The notes beneath the pieces were generated by a model. It saw nothing but the letters and a program-made list of their open reading frames with translations. It made no database searches and was not told where the DNA came from. Both the position numbers and the translations under genes were made by a program. Positions 45,254-54,778 of a DNA stretch of 64,000 nt are shown here, in pieces (position 1 is the stretch's first letter; the number at the start of each line of letters is the position of its first letter). Origin of the DNA: an uncultured Actinomycetota bacterium (GTDB lineage: Bacteria; Actinomycetota; Actinomycetes; Mycobacteriales; QHCD01); NCBI GenBank assembly GCA_963828605.1, contig CAWHER010000003.1, positions 194,871-258,870 on the forward strand. The letters are read 5' to 3'.

Positions 45254-45754
45254 ATGGCCGCACCGCTCCGTGTCGCGTTCGTCTGTTCGGGCAACATCTG
45301 CCGGTCCCCGATGGCCGATGCGGTCATGCACCGGATGCTCGCGGATGCCGGGCTGGCCGACTCCGTGCGGGTGGACAGCTTCGGGCTCGGCGACTGGCAC
45401 ATCGGCGAGCCGACCGATGCCCGCGCCCTCATCGCACTGCGCCGCCGCGGCTACGACATCGTGCACCGGGCGCAGGTCATCGATCCGCAGGACGTGAGCG
45501 AGCAGGACGTCGTCGTGGCGATCGACCGCGATCACGAACGGGCCCTGCACGGCCTGGCCGCCACGGCCGAGGACGCCAGCAAGATCGTGCTGCTGCGGTC
45601 CTACGACGACGCCGCCGGCGACGACCTCGACATCCCCGACCCCTACTACGGCGGCGATTCCGCGTTCGAGCGGGTGCTCGACATGGTGGAGGCCGGCTGC
45701 CGCGGGCTGCTCGCCGACCTCGAGAAGCGCGTCGCCGGCCGGCCCCTCCGGTGA
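45254..45754 (+). CDS. low molecular weight protein-tyrosine phosphatase
   Basis: ATG 45254. The P-loop is VAFVCSGNICRSPMA (CX5R-S) and the DPYY acid loop is present. Confidence 0.9.
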   Translation: MAAPLRVAFVCSGNICRSPMADAVMHRMLADAGLADSVRVDSFGLGDWHIGEPTDARALIALRRRGYDIVHRAQVIDPQDVSEQDVVVAIDRDHERALHGLAATAEDASKIVLLRSYDDAAGDDLDIPDPYYGGDSAFERVLDMVEAGCRGLLADLEKRVAGRPLR

Positions 45755-45779
45755 CGACCGTGCCAGGCCCGCCGACGCC

Positions 45780-46637
45780 GTGACGTCGACGCCCGCGGCC
45801 GCCCGGATCGCCGCGGCGACCGGGACCGGCGTCGTCGAGGCGGTCGAGATCCCCGGCGGCGACATCTGCCGGGCCTGGCGGGCCCGCCTCGCCGACGACC
45901 GCACCGTGTTCGCCAAGACCCGGGACGACGCGCCGGACGGCTTCTTCGGCTCCGAGGCGGCCGGGTTGGAGTGGCTGTCCGAGGCCGCCGCCGCGCCGCT
46001 GCCCGACGTGGTCGCCGTGGGGAGCGACGTCCTCGTCCTGTCCTGGGTGGACGCCGGCCGGCCCTCCCCGGCCGCCGCCGACCGGCTCGGGCGTGACCTC
46101 GCGGCGCTGCACCAGGCCGGCGCGCCGTCGTTCGGGGCGGGGTGGCCGGGCTTCGTCGGCACCATCCCGGTCGACAACACCCCGTCGGGGTCGTGGCCGG
46201 ATTTCTACGCCGAGCGCCGCCTCACCCCCTGCCTGCGGATGGCCCGCGACGCCGGCGTGGTCGACCCGGCCGGCGCAGCGGTGATCGACCGGGCGGTCGG
46301 CCGGCTCGCCGAGGTCTCCGGCCCGCCGGAACCGCCCGCCCGACTGCACGGCGACCTCTGGGGCGGCAACGTGCTCTGGGCGGCCGACGGGCGTGGATGG
46401 CTCGTCGACCCGTCCGCCTACGGCGGCCACCGGGAGACCGACCTGGCGATGCTGGCGCTCTTCGGCGCTCCCGGACTGGACCGCCTGCTCGCGGCGTACG
46501 ACGAGGTCTTCCCGCTGGCGGCGGGCTGGCGGGACCGCGTCGGCCTGCACCAGGTGCACCCGCTGCTGGTGCATGCCGTGCTGTTCGGCGGCGGCTATAC
46601 CGAGCGCGCCGTCGCCGCCGCGCGCCGGTACGGGTAG
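45780..46637 (+). CDS. fructosamine kinase family protein
   Basis: Catalytic-loop motif ARLHGDLWGGNVLW, followed by DPSAYGGHRETDLAML. Intact 285 aa. The start is GTG. Confidence 0.85.
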   Translation: MTSTPAAARIAAATGTGVVEAVEIPGGDICRAWRARLADDRTVFAKTRDDAPDGFFGSEAAGLEWLSEAAAAPLPDVVAVGSDVLVLSWVDAGRPSPAAADRLGRDLAALHQAGAPSFGAGWPGFVGTIPVDNTPSGSWPDFYAERRLTPCLRMARDAGVVDPAGAAVIDRAVGRLAEVSGPPEPPARLHGDLWGGNVLWAADGRGWLVDPSAYGGHRETDLAMLALFGAPGLDRLLAAYDEVFPLAAGWRDRVGLHQVHPLLVHAVLFGGGYTERAVAAARRYG

Positions 46638-46685
46638 TCGCACCGACATTGCAGGTGGTGGATCAGCGATATATCGTGATCGCTC

Positions 46686-46979
46686 ATGACGACTACTACG
46701 GCGCGCCTCGACACCGACCGTCCCGAGCGCTTCATCAAGCAGTTGATCTCGCACCTCGGCAACCGGCTGGAGACGTCCTCGACCGCTCCCGGCGTCGGCA
46801 CCGTCCACATTCCCGACGGAGGCACCTGCGCACTGACCTCCGACGCCACCGGGATCAGGCTCTCCGCCGAGGCCGCCACCGAGGAGGACCTGGCCCGGGT
46901 GCAGGACGTGGTCGCGCGGCACCTGCTCCGGTTCACCGACATCCCGACACTGACCGAGGAGTGGGCACCGGTCACCTGA
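46686..46979 (+). CDS. DUF2218 domain protein
   Basis: 97 aa (ARLDTDRPERFIKQLISHLGNR...), a pattern I associate with the DUF2218 family. This rests on memory of the family only. Confidence 0.6.
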   Translation: MTTTTARLDTDRPERFIKQLISHLGNRLETSSTAPGVGTVHIPDGGTCALTSDATGIRLSAEAATEEDLARVQDVVARHLLRFTDIPTLTEEWAPVT

Positions 46980-46991
46980 TGCGCGGGCCGG

Positions 46992-47831
46992 TCAGGCCGC
47001 GGTCGTGGTCCGGAACCGGCGCAGTGCGAGCGGAACGCAGACGGCGGTGATGAGCACGCACCAGCCGATCATCGCGAGCACCGGGTGCTCCAGCTGCCAG
47101 GAACCGTGCGAATGGGTGCCCTGGCAGACCTGCCGGACCGCGGCGACCAGAGCGGACAGCGGGTCCCACTCGCCGATCACCCGCGGCACCGTCTGCATAC
47201 CGCTGATCGGGACGAACGTGCCGGCGAGGAACGACAGCGGGAACACGATCGCGAAACCGAGGCCCTGCATGCCGTCCGAGCTGCGGATGATCATGCCGAG
47301 TAGGACACCGAACCAGGTGAAGGCGGTCAGGCCGAGCAGGATCAGCCCGGCGAGCTCCAGTCCCGACGCGATCGTCAGGTCGGGTCGCCAGCCGAGCGCC
47401 AGCCCGATGCCGATGATGATGAGCATGCCGAGGATCTGCTCGATGATCTGCCCGAGCACCTGTGCGGTGATGACGGACAGGCGGGTGACGGGCAGGGACC
47501 GGAACCGGTCGATGACTCCGTTGGTGAAGTCCGTCGCGGTGGCGACGCCCGCACCGATCACGCCGAATGCGAGGCCCTGCCCGACGAGACCGGGCAGCAG
47601 GTAGTCCTGGTAGCGCATGCCGGGGATGTGGATCGCCGAACCGAAGACGTAGAGGAAGAGCAGGGTGAAGACGATCGGCTGGATCGTCACGTCCGACAGG
47701 CGCTCCGGGACCCGGGGGATCGTCTGCAGGCTCCGCCCAACCAGCAGGCGGGTCTCCCGGACGTAGCGCATGGCCCGGCCGGGTCGCGCCGGCAAGGGTT
47801 CGACGACGGCTGTTGCGGTCAGGGCGGTCAT
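46992..47831 (-). CDS. ABC-2 type transporter permease (DrrB-like)
   Basis: Six TM helices with an ABC-2 signature region (RFRSLPVTRLSVITAQVLG). The start overlaps the upstream ATPase stop (ATGA). Confidence 0.85.
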   Translation of the reverse strand: MTALTATAVVEPLPARPGRAMRYVRETRLLVGRSLQTIPRVPERLSDVTIQPIVFTLLFLYVFGSAIHIPGMRYQDYLLPGLVGQGLAFGVIGAGVATATDFTNGVIDRFRSLPVTRLSVITAQVLGQIIEQILGMLIIIGIGLALGWRPDLTIASGLELAGLILLGLTAFTWFGVLLGMIIRSSDGMQGLGFAIVFPLSFLAGTFVPISGMQTVPRVIGEWDPLSALVAAVRQVCQGTHSHGSWQLEHPVLAMIGWCVLITAVCVPLALRRFRTTTAA

Positions 47832-48814
47832 GCGGACACCTCGATGGCCTCGGTTGCGGTCTGGTCGGGGACGGGTGGCTGCCCGGTGAGGGCGAGGAAC
47901 GCGTCGTCCAGGGTCGGGCGGCGCAGAGCGAGCTCGTCGACGGGCACCCCGGCGGCGGCGACGACGTCCGCGACGGCGCGCAGATCGAACGCCTCGCGCG
48001 GAGCCGGGATCGAGATCGTCCGTCGGTCCCGCGCCACGGACAGGTCGAACCTGGCGTCGAGCACCGACACGAGCCGGTCGAGGCCGAAGCCGTCGGTGGC
48101 CACGACGTCGACCCGTTGGTCGCCGATCTGCGCCTTCAACTCGGCGGGCGTTCCGGCGGCGGCGGCCCGGCCGTGGTCGATCAGGACGATGCTGTCGGCG
48201 AGCTCGTCGGCCTCCTCGAGGTACTGCGTGGTCAGCAGCAGGGTGACTCCTTCGCCGACCAGCTCGCGGATCGTCGTCCAGACCACCTGCCGGCTGCGCG
48301 GATCGAGTCCGGTGGTGGGCTCGTCGAGCACCAGCAGCCGGGGCTGAATGACCAGGCTCGCGGCGAGGTCGACCCGCCGGCGCTGCCCGCCGGAGACGGA
48401 CTTCACCAGCTTGTCGCGGAACTCGCCGATGTCGAAGCGGTCGATGAGCCGGTCGGCGATCCGGACGGCGCCGGCGCGTCCGTAGCCGCGGAGGCGGGCC
48501 ATCAGGACGAGATTCTCGTGCGCGGTGAGGTTGGCCTCCAGGGCCGCGAACTGCCCGGTCAGGGAGATGACACTGCGCACGGCGTCGGCGTCGCGACGCA
48601 CGTCGTACCCGCAGACGTAGGCCTTGCCGCCGCTCGGCTCGGACAGGGTCGCGAGCATCCGCACGATGGTGGTCTTGCCGGCTCCGTTGGGGCCGAGCAG
48701 CGAGGCCACCGTGCCGGCCGGGACCTGAAGATCGATGCCGTCGACGGCGGTGAAATCACCGAACCGCTTGGTCAGGGCCTCGGTGACGACGGCGAGATCG
48801 GATGTGGGCAACAC
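47828..48814 (-). CDS. ABC transporter ATP-binding protein (DrrA/daunorubicin-resistance type)
   Basis: GTG 48812-48814 follows GAGGGAG. Walker A is GPNGAGKTT, the signature is VSGGQRRR, Walker B is LLVLDEPTTGLD. The upstream 370 codons of ORF 47828..49927 are antisense to the TetR gene and not credible. Confidence 0.9.
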   Translation of the reverse strand: MLPTSDLAVVTEALTKRFGDFTAVDGIDLQVPAGTVASLLGPNGAGKTTIVRMLATLSEPSGGKAYVCGYDVRRDADAVRSVISLTGQFAALEANLTAHENLVLMARLRGYGRAGAVRIADRLIDRFDIGEFRDKLVKSVSGGQRRRVDLAASLVIQPRLLVLDEPTTGLDPRSRQVVWTTIRELVGEGVTLLLTTQYLEEADELADSIVLIDHGRAAAAGTPAELKAQIGDQRVDVVATDGFGLDRLVSVLDARFDLSVARDRRTISIPAPREAFDLRAVADVVAAAGVPVDELALRRPTLDDAFLALTGQPPVPDQTATEAIEVSA

Positions 48815-48857
48815 GGCTCCCTCGGCAGGCGGATCTGATGGAAAGAACGTACAGTGA

Positions 48858-48871
48858 CTAGAAAGATCTAG
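48858..48871. promoter_or_regulatory. candidate TetR operator in an AT-rich divergent intergenic region
   Basis: CTAGA-aaga-TCTAG palindrome, flanked by a direct ACAGT repeat. It lies between the ABC operon start (48814) and the TetR start (48914). This region is conspicuously AT-rich for the window. Confidence 0.3.
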
Positions 48872-48913
48872 CAACAGTATTCTCTGACCCGGGAGGCGGC
48901 TACCATCTGCGGC

Positions 48914-49942
48914 ATGACCGAGCGCGGCGCCGAGCACCCGACCGGACCGCGGGCGGAGGGGCTGCGCGAGCGCAAGAAGCGTGAGATGCGCCAACTGCTG
49001 TCCGACACCGCGACCGGGATGTTCCTCGAGCGCGGGTTCGACGACGTGAAGGTGACCGAGGTCGCCGAGGCGTGCGGCGTGTCGGAGAAGACCGTCTACA
49101 ACTACTTCCCCACCAAGGAGGCGCTGCTGCTCGACCGCGAGGAGGACATCGCGGAGCGGATCCGGGCCGAACTCGGACCGGGAGCACCCGCGCGGTCGCC
49201 GATCGACGTCGCGGTGGAGATCCTCACCCAGGACCTCGAAACCCTGCGCATGGCATGGCGGAGCGGCGGCGAGACCCCCGACGGGATGATGCTGTTCCGC
49301 CGGTTCGCCGATCTCATCGACAGCACTCCGTCGCTGCGGGCGGCGCAGCGGGACATGATGGACCGGCTCGTGCGGGTGGCGGCCGTGGCGATGGCCGAGC
49401 GCGCCGGGGTGAGCCCCGACGATCCCGAACCGCAGATCGCCGCCCACGCCATCCTCGGCCTGTGGCGGATCCAGTTCGGGGCGATGAGGCGGTATGCCGG
49501 TGGTGAATACACCCCGGACGAGGTCGTCGAGATGGCGACGGCGGAGGTGCGCCGGGCGGCGCGCCTGATCGATTCCGGCCTGTGGGCCTTCGGCGTCATG
49601 GTGCAGGGCGGCACCGGCAGCGAGCAGCTGAAGAGCGCGGCCGAGGCCGCGCACCGGGCCGGTACGCAGGTCGCGTCCGCCCTGCGGCAGGCACGGTCGC
49701 TCTGGCACGTGATCCAGCAGGAGTCCCAGGCGGGCGGGGACCGGAACGGCCCGCGCGACCGCCAGGCTGAACGGGACCGGCGCGAGAGGGAGAAGCGCGA
49801 GCAGAAGGCGCAGTGGAAGCAGCTCGTCCGCGAGCAGCACGAACAGTTGCAGCAGGCGCGACGGGACATGCAGGAACAGCAGCGGCAGATGAGGCGGGAT
49901 ATGCAGCGGACGGCACGCGCGTCCCACGACCCGCGTCCGTAG
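48914..49942 (+). CDS. TetR family regulator with a long charged C-terminal extension
   Basis: The N-terminal HTH is LRERKKREMRQLLSDTATGMFLERGFDDVKVTEVAEACGVSEKTVYNYFPTKEALL, followed by a ligand domain to about residue 230. The remaining ~110 aa form an R/E/Q-rich predicted coiled coil (RDRQAERDRREREKREQKAQWKQLVREQHEQLQQARRDMQEQQRQMRRDMQR). Confidence 0.85.
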   Translation: MTERGAEHPTGPRAEGLRERKKREMRQLLSDTATGMFLERGFDDVKVTEVAEACGVSEKTVYNYFPTKEALLLDREEDIAERIRAELGPGAPARSPIDVAVEILTQDLETLRMAWRSGGETPDGMMLFRRFADLIDSTPSLRAAQRDMMDRLVRVAAVAMAERAGVSPDDPEPQIAAHAILGLWRIQFGAMRRYAGGEYTPDEVVEMATAEVRRAARLIDSGLWAFGVMVQGGTGSEQLKSAAEAAHRAGTQVASALRQARSLWHVIQQESQAGGDRNGPRDRQAERDRREREKREQKAQWKQLVREQHEQLQQARRDMQEQQRQMRRDMQRTARASHDPRP

Positions 49943-49986
49943 GCCGCGTCGGCCGAACTGCGTGACGAAGGGGGTTGGCCTGAGAC

Positions 49987-50357
49987 ATGGCCGAACACGG
50001 CACCGACGATCTGCCGGACCACGTCCGTCTCAACCGCGAGGTGTGGGACACGGTCCTCAGCCCGTGGTACGGCGAGCGCGCGAGGCAGAAGTGGGCGGCC
50101 GAACCGGAATGGGGGGTCTGGGGGATATCAATTTCGTCCTGCCGCACGGTCCGCTGATCCGGCTGCTGCGCAGGTCGGGTTTCGTGGTGGAGGACATGAT
50201 CGAGGTCTACGCACCCGAGGACGGGCCGGTCGATGTCGACAACGTCGACCGCCACTGGGGCCGACGCTGGCCGAGCGAAGAGGTCTGGAAAGCCTGCCTC
50301 GTAGCCGATGCTGCGGCCGGAGGCGACGACGATCCGGCTACACCGTCAGCGACCTGA
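49987..50357 (+). pseudogene. class I SAM-dependent methyltransferase remnant with internal deletion
   Basis: ATG 49987 gives MAEHGTDDLPDHVRLNREVWDTVLSPWYGERARQKWAAEPEWGVWG. After about 50125-50132 a different frame reads INFVLPHGPLIRLLRRSGFVVEDMIEVYAPEDG...WGRRWPSEEVWKA. The whole Rossmann/SAM-binding core expected between these segments is absent. Confidence 0.5.
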
Positions 50358-50727
50358 GAACCCGCATCGCCTCGTCGGCCCGGTCGTGGGGGACGAACAG
50401 GTGGTCATGGAAGAACGCCGCCACGACGTTGCAGCTGATTCCCGCGTCAGCGAGTGCCCCGCTGACGACAGCGGTCAGGCCGACCGCCTGCAGGGCCGAA
50501 TGGACGCGCAGGGTGATCCAGGCCGCCACGAAATCGTAGGCCAGGCCGTGCGCGTCGGCGTCGTCCTGTGCCACTACCAGCGTCAACCCCTCGGCTTCCC
50601 GGACCGCCACGATCGGGTGCACCCCGGTCGGAGCCTCGCCAGATACGACCGTGAACACGTACGCGCCGTCGTCGAGCCGCGCAGACATACTTCGCACAAG
50701 CGTTGCCAGGTCGGTCTCCGCCGGCAT
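50338..50727 (-). CDS. ACT domain-containing protein (DUF2241-like)
   Basis: 129 aa: LVRSMSARLDDGAYVFTVV... followed by GLTAVVSGALADAGISCNVVAAFFHDHLFVP. Confidence 0.65.
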   Translation of the reverse strand: MPAETDLATLVRSMSARLDDGAYVFTVVSGEAPTGVHPIVAVREAEGLTLVVAQDDADAHGLAYDFVAAWITLRVHSALQAVGLTAVVSGALADAGISCNVVAAFFHDHLFVPHDRADEAMRVLRSLTV

Positions 50728-50728
50728 G

Positions 50729-51643
50729 TCAGCCTCCTGAACCTGCGCCGGATCGGCCGATGATCGAAAGCAGCGACCGGGCCGGCTCGGTCAACGTCGC
50801 GGCCGACGGCCAGATGGCCCGGATGTTCCGTCGCAGCGCGAGGCCGGCGACCGGGACGACGACCAGCCGCCGGTCGGCGAGTTCTGCGACCACGGCCAGC
50901 CGACTCAGCACGGCCGGCGCCTCTCCCGCCGCGACCGCCGCCTTGATCGCCGTCGTCGACGCCAGCTCCAGTGCGGGCGCGGTATGTGGCCGGCTCAGCA
51001 GCCGTTCGAGCACCTCCCGCGTCCCCGAGCCCTCCTCCCGTAGCACCATCGGCGTATCCGCGAGCTCGGAGACGCTCACCGGCCTCCGCAGCCGGGCCCA
51101 CTTGTGTGTGGGAGCGACGACGACCACCAACTCGTCCGCGCCCACGGTCCGCGACCGGAGCCCGCGTGGGGCCCGGGATCCCTCGACGAACCCGAGTTCG
51201 GCCTGTCGATCGATCACCAGATCGGCGACCCGCGAGGAGTTGCCGACCTGCAGGGCGACGGCCACCGACGGCAGCATCGCGTGGAGGCCGACCAGCCACC
51301 CGGGAACGAGATACTCGGCCACGGTCATCGACGCGGCGATCTGCAACCTCCCGGCCCGCTCGCTGCGCAGCGCCGCCGCACCAGCAACCAGCCCACGGAC
51401 CGCCTCGACCACAGGGCGGGCCCAGTCCACCACCGCGACGCCGTCGGGGGTCAGCCGCGACCCGGTGGTCGAGCGCTCCAACAGGGTCAGGCCCAGCCTG
51501 CGCTCCAACGACCGCAGCCGCATGCTCACCGCCGGCTGGCTGATGCGGTGTGCCTGCGCGGCCTTGCCCAGACTGCCCGTCTCGGCGACCGAGATGAGCA
51601 GGTCGAGCGCGCCCAGGTCGGGCGTCCCCGCCGGCAGAGGCAT
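50729..51643 (-). CDS. LysR family transcriptional regulator
   Basis: The HTH is LDLLISVAETGSLGKAAQAHRISQPAVSMRLRSLERRLGLTLLER, with a LysR substrate-binding domain. It is divergent from a YeiH-family gene. Confidence 0.9.
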   Translation of the reverse strand: MPLPAGTPDLGALDLLISVAETGSLGKAAQAHRISQPAVSMRLRSLERRLGLTLLERSTTGSRLTPDGVAVVDWARPVVEAVRGLVAGAAALRSERAGRLQIAASMTVAEYLVPGWLVGLHAMLPSVAVALQVGNSSRVADLVIDRQAELGFVEGSRAPRGLRSRTVGADELVVVVAPTHKWARLRRPVSVSELADTPMVLREEGSGTREVLERLLSRPHTAPALELASTTAIKAAVAAGEAPAVLSRLAVVAELADRRLVVVPVAGLALRRNIRAIWPSAATLTEPARSLLSIIGRSGAGSGG

Positions 51644-51739
51644 AAGCCGATGTTAGGGCGTCATCCGCAGACGACGGCTACCCGACCTGACCGAGCGCGT
51701 CAATTCTGGAAACGGTGACCGCTGTCGAGAGGAGGACCG

Positions 51740-52828
51740 ATGCCCACTGCGGTGCATTCGCACCGTGTCGCCGGGCATCGCACGGATGTTCCGGCGGGCA
51801 CGCGGGACACCGTCTCCCGGGCCCGGCCGGCCGTGGGGCTGCTGCCGGGGATCGGCCTCAGCCTCGTGATCGCCGCGGCCGCGACCGCCCTCGGCCGGGT
51901 CGAGCCGATCATCGGTGGGCCGGTGTTCGGCGTCGTACTCGGCATGGTCGTCGCCGCGGTGTTGCGCCCCGGGCCGATGCTGCGTCCGGGGATCAGATTC
52001 TCCGGCAGGCACGTCCTGCAGGCCTCCATCGTCGTCCTCGGCACCGGCCTGTCCCTGTTCCAGGTCGTGCACACCGGCGTCTCGGCGCTCCCCGTCATGC
52101 TCGGCACGCTGGCCCTCGCCGCGGGTGCGACCGTGCTGTTCGGCCGACTCCTGCACGTCAACGGCGACCTGCGGCTGCTCATCGGTGTCGGCACGGGTGT
52201 CTGCGGCGCCTCGGCGATCGCCGCGGTGACTGCCGTCGTGGGGGCCGTCGAGGTCGACGTGGCCTACGCGATATCCACGATCTTCGCGTTCAACGTCGCC
52301 GCCGTGCTGCTCTTCCCTGCACTCGGGCACCTACTCGGGCTGTCCCAGCACGCCTTCGGCCTGTGGGCCGGCACCGCCGTCAACGACACCTCCTCCGTGG
52401 TGGCGGCGGCGTACACCTACGGCAGTTCCGCGGGTGCCTACGGAGTGGTCGTCAAGCTCACCCGCAGTCTGATGATCATCCCGATCTGTCTCGGCCTGGC
52501 GGCCCGGCAGCTTCGGCGGCGGCAGTCCGGCACCGGCGCGGCGACGGTGAAGGGCCTGCCCTGGCGGAAGGTCTTCCCGTGGTTCATCGTCTACTTCCTG
52601 CTCGCCGCCGCCGCGAACACGGTGGGACTGGTGCCGCACGGCTGGCATTCGACGCTGGCCGCACTCGCGACCTTCCTCATCACCGTCGCACTGGCGGGCA
52701 TCGGCCTGTCGGCCCGGTTCGGCCGGATGCGGGCGACCGGGTTCCGGCCGTTCCTGTTGGGGGCCGCGCTCTGGGCGACCGTTGCGATCGGCAGCCTGGC
52801 CCTGCAGGCCGCAACCGGCCTGCTCTGA
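51740..52828 (+). CDS. YeiH/UPF0324 family membrane protein (putative sulfate exporter family)
   Basis: ATG follows GAGAGGAGGA. About ten TM helices. Motifs are GVGTGVCGASAIAA and WAGTAVNDTSSVVAAA. Confidence 0.85.
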   Translation: MPTAVHSHRVAGHRTDVPAGTRDTVSRARPAVGLLPGIGLSLVIAAAATALGRVEPIIGGPVFGVVLGMVVAAVLRPGPMLRPGIRFSGRHVLQASIVVLGTGLSLFQVVHTGVSALPVMLGTLALAAGATVLFGRLLHVNGDLRLLIGVGTGVCGASAIAAVTAVVGAVEVDVAYAISTIFAFNVAAVLLFPALGHLLGLSQHAFGLWAGTAVNDTSSVVAAAYTYGSSAGAYGVVVKLTRSLMIIPICLGLAARQLRRRQSGTGAATVKGLPWRKVFPWFIVYFLLAAAANTVGLVPHGWHSTLAALATFLITVALAGIGLSARFGRMRATGFRPFLLGAALWATVAIGSLALQAATGLL

Positions 52829-52871
52829 TCAGCGGACCGACGGACACCGGCCCGACCACCGGTCCTGCACG

Positions 52872-53840
52872 TCAGCCCTGCAGGTCCGAGTAGCGGTCAC
52901 CGGGGCGGAACGTGGCCACGCCAAGCGTGCTGTCGGACTGTCCGTAGTACGCGAGCCACTGGTCCTGGAACCACACCAGGCCTTCGACGAAGGTGACATT
53001 CGAGACGAGGCCGTGCATGTCCTCGAGCGTGGTGGGTTCGATCCAGGGCCGGGTCAGCTCGGCGAGGATCTCGGTCGGCCGGGCAGGGTCGAGGAGCGCC
53101 TGGCCGGCGGTGTACCGCACGCTGCCGTCGGAGTTCAGGATCGCGGCATTGTGAATGAGCAGGATCAGCCCATCGTCGGTGACCAGTGGTGGTGGACCGA
53201 CTTCGACGAGGAAGTCGGTGAACGTCCCCGGCCGGGGCGCCATGACCGGCGGTTGGTCGTCGGCGACGATCGGGGTCCAGTGCAGGAGATCCTCCGAGGT
53301 CGCTGCCCAGATGGAACCCTCGCCGAAGTACATCAGGTACTTCCCGTCGAAGGGCTGCGGGAGGATGCCACCGGCCTTGGACCAGGGACCGGGCCGGCCG
53401 TGGCCGCGGGGTTGGAAGGTGTCGAAATTCGGGAAGATCGGGCCGTGCTTGGTCCAGTTGCGGAGGTCGGTGGAGGTGGCCAGGCAGACCAGCGCCGTCT
53501 CCCGGTCCCAGCCGGAGTAGGTGAGGTAGTACGTGTCGCCGATCCGGGTGACGCGCGGATCCTCGGCGCCGTACCGGTCGTAGTCCTCGCTCGGTGAAAG
53601 GACCGGGTCCGGCTCACGTTTGAACGTGATCCCGTCGTCGCTCCAGGCGAGCCCGACGTGGGAAACGATGTCGTCGGAGTGGGCTCGGTACAGCAGAGCC
53701 ACCCTGTCGTCCACGACGACCGCTGCCGGGTTGTAGACGCTGCCTGACTCCCAGCCCTGTCCTTGTGGGGCCAGGATGGGGTTGCCTTCGTAGGGCGTGA
53801 AGGGGCCGAGCGGGAAGTGAACTGGTCCCGTGGTCATCAT
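52872..53840 (-). CDS. glycoside hydrolase family 130 protein (mannoside phosphorylase/hydrolase family)
   Basis: 322 aa. Motifs are NPILAP...ESGSVYNPAAVVVDDRVALLYRA, GAEDPRVTRIGDTYYLTYSG and LAYYGQSDS. Five-bladed propeller family. Confidence 0.8.
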   Translation of the reverse strand: MMTTGPVHFPLGPFTPYEGNPILAPQGQGWESGSVYNPAAVVVDDRVALLYRAHSDDIVSHVGLAWSDDGITFKREPDPVLSPSEDYDRYGAEDPRVTRIGDTYYLTYSGWDRETALVCLATSTDLRNWTKHGPIFPNFDTFQPRGHGRPGPWSKAGGILPQPFDGKYLMYFGEGSIWAATSEDLLHWTPIVADDQPPVMAPRPGTFTDFLVEVGPPPLVTDDGLILLIHNAAILNSDGSVRYTAGQALLDPARPTEILAELTRPWIEPTTLEDMHGLVSNVTFVEGLVWFQDQWLAYYGQSDSTLGVATFRPGDRYSDLQG

Positions 53841-53887
53841 GTCCTCTCTAAGGATTCTCAGCTATCGAGCGCGAATGGTGACCGCGG

Positions 53888-54778
53888 TCAGCCCTTGACC
53901 GCGCCCCCGACAACACTGGCGACGAGGTAGCGCTGAAGGAAGACGTACACGACCAAGAGTGGAAGAGCCACGATAATGGTCGCTGCGGACAGCAGGCTCC
54001 ACTGGCTCACGTATGCGCCCTTGAAGGCGAAGAGTCCCAGCGTCACCGGTGACTTGGCCTGATCCGGGAGGAGGATCGTCGCGAGGATGATGTCGTTCCA
54101 GACCCCGATGGCCTGGAGGATGAAGACCGTCGCGAGTACCGGCTGGATGAGCGGCGGAAGGAAGCGGAAGAGGTACCGGAGGTAGCCCACCCCATCGAGG
54201 ACGGCCGCCTCGTCGAGTTCCTTCGGGACCGACTTGAGGTAGCCGGAGATCAGCAGCGGGCCCACTCCGACCCCCGAGACCATGATCAGGATGTAGCCCA
54301 GCCGGGTGTCGTACAGGTGCAGCCGGAGCGCGAGCTGGAAGACCGTGACCAACGTGTTCGGCAGAAACAGCATCGAGACGAACAGCACGTTCCAGAGCCG
54401 GGTGTGTTTGAGGTAGCCGCGGGCGACCGGAAAGCCGACCATCAGAGACATCACCGTGCCCAACGCCGCCGCGGCGAAGGTGTAGAGCACGCTGTTCAGC
54501 ACGTAGGACGCGAAGTTGCCCTGATGCCATGCCTTACCGAAGTTCGACAGAAGGGGTGCCTTGGCGATGCCCGTCGGGTTGTTGAAGAACTCGCTGTTGC
54601 TCTTCAGGGCTGTGTTGACCAGGAACGCCAGCGGGAAGAGGAAGATGAGGATGACCACACCGAGAAGGACGTAGCTCACGACCTTGGCAGGCCCGGACGT
54701 GCGCGCTGCACCAACCGACTGCGACTGTGAGGGTGCCGGGGTCGTTGTGGTCCGGACGGCAGTTTGGAGTTCGCTCAC
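53888..54778 (-). CDS. carbohydrate ABC transporter permease (MalG-like)
   Basis: GTG 54776-54778 overlaps the upstream stop (GTGA). The EAA-loop region is ELDEAAVLDGVGYLRYLFRFLPPL. Confidence 0.85.
   Translation of the reverse strand: MSELQTAVRTTTTPAPSQSQSVGAARTSGPAKVVSYVLLGVVILIFLFPLAFLVNTALKSNSEFFNNPTGIAKAPLLSNFGKAWHQGNFASYVLNSVLYTFAAAALGTVMSLMVGFPVARGYLKHTRLWNVLFVSMLFLPNTLVTVFQLALRLHLYDTRLGYILIMVSGVGVGPLLISGYLKSVPKELDEAAVLDGVGYLRYLFRFLPPLIQPVLATVFILQAIGVWNDIILATILLPDQAKSPVTLGLFAFKGAYVSQWSLLSAATIIVALPLLVVYVFLQRYLVASVVGGAVKG

Noticed and set aside
46665-46684. Possible degenerate half-copy of the 58-bp hairpin element (ATCGTGATCG shared with the element arm) upstream of the DUF2218 gene. 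It also forms AGCGAT-N8-ATCGCT, with a CGATATATCG palindrome inside.
   Set aside because: Only about 10 nt are identical, and neither the conserved central block nor a second arm is present. It is more likely a local promoter or operator dyad, or chance.
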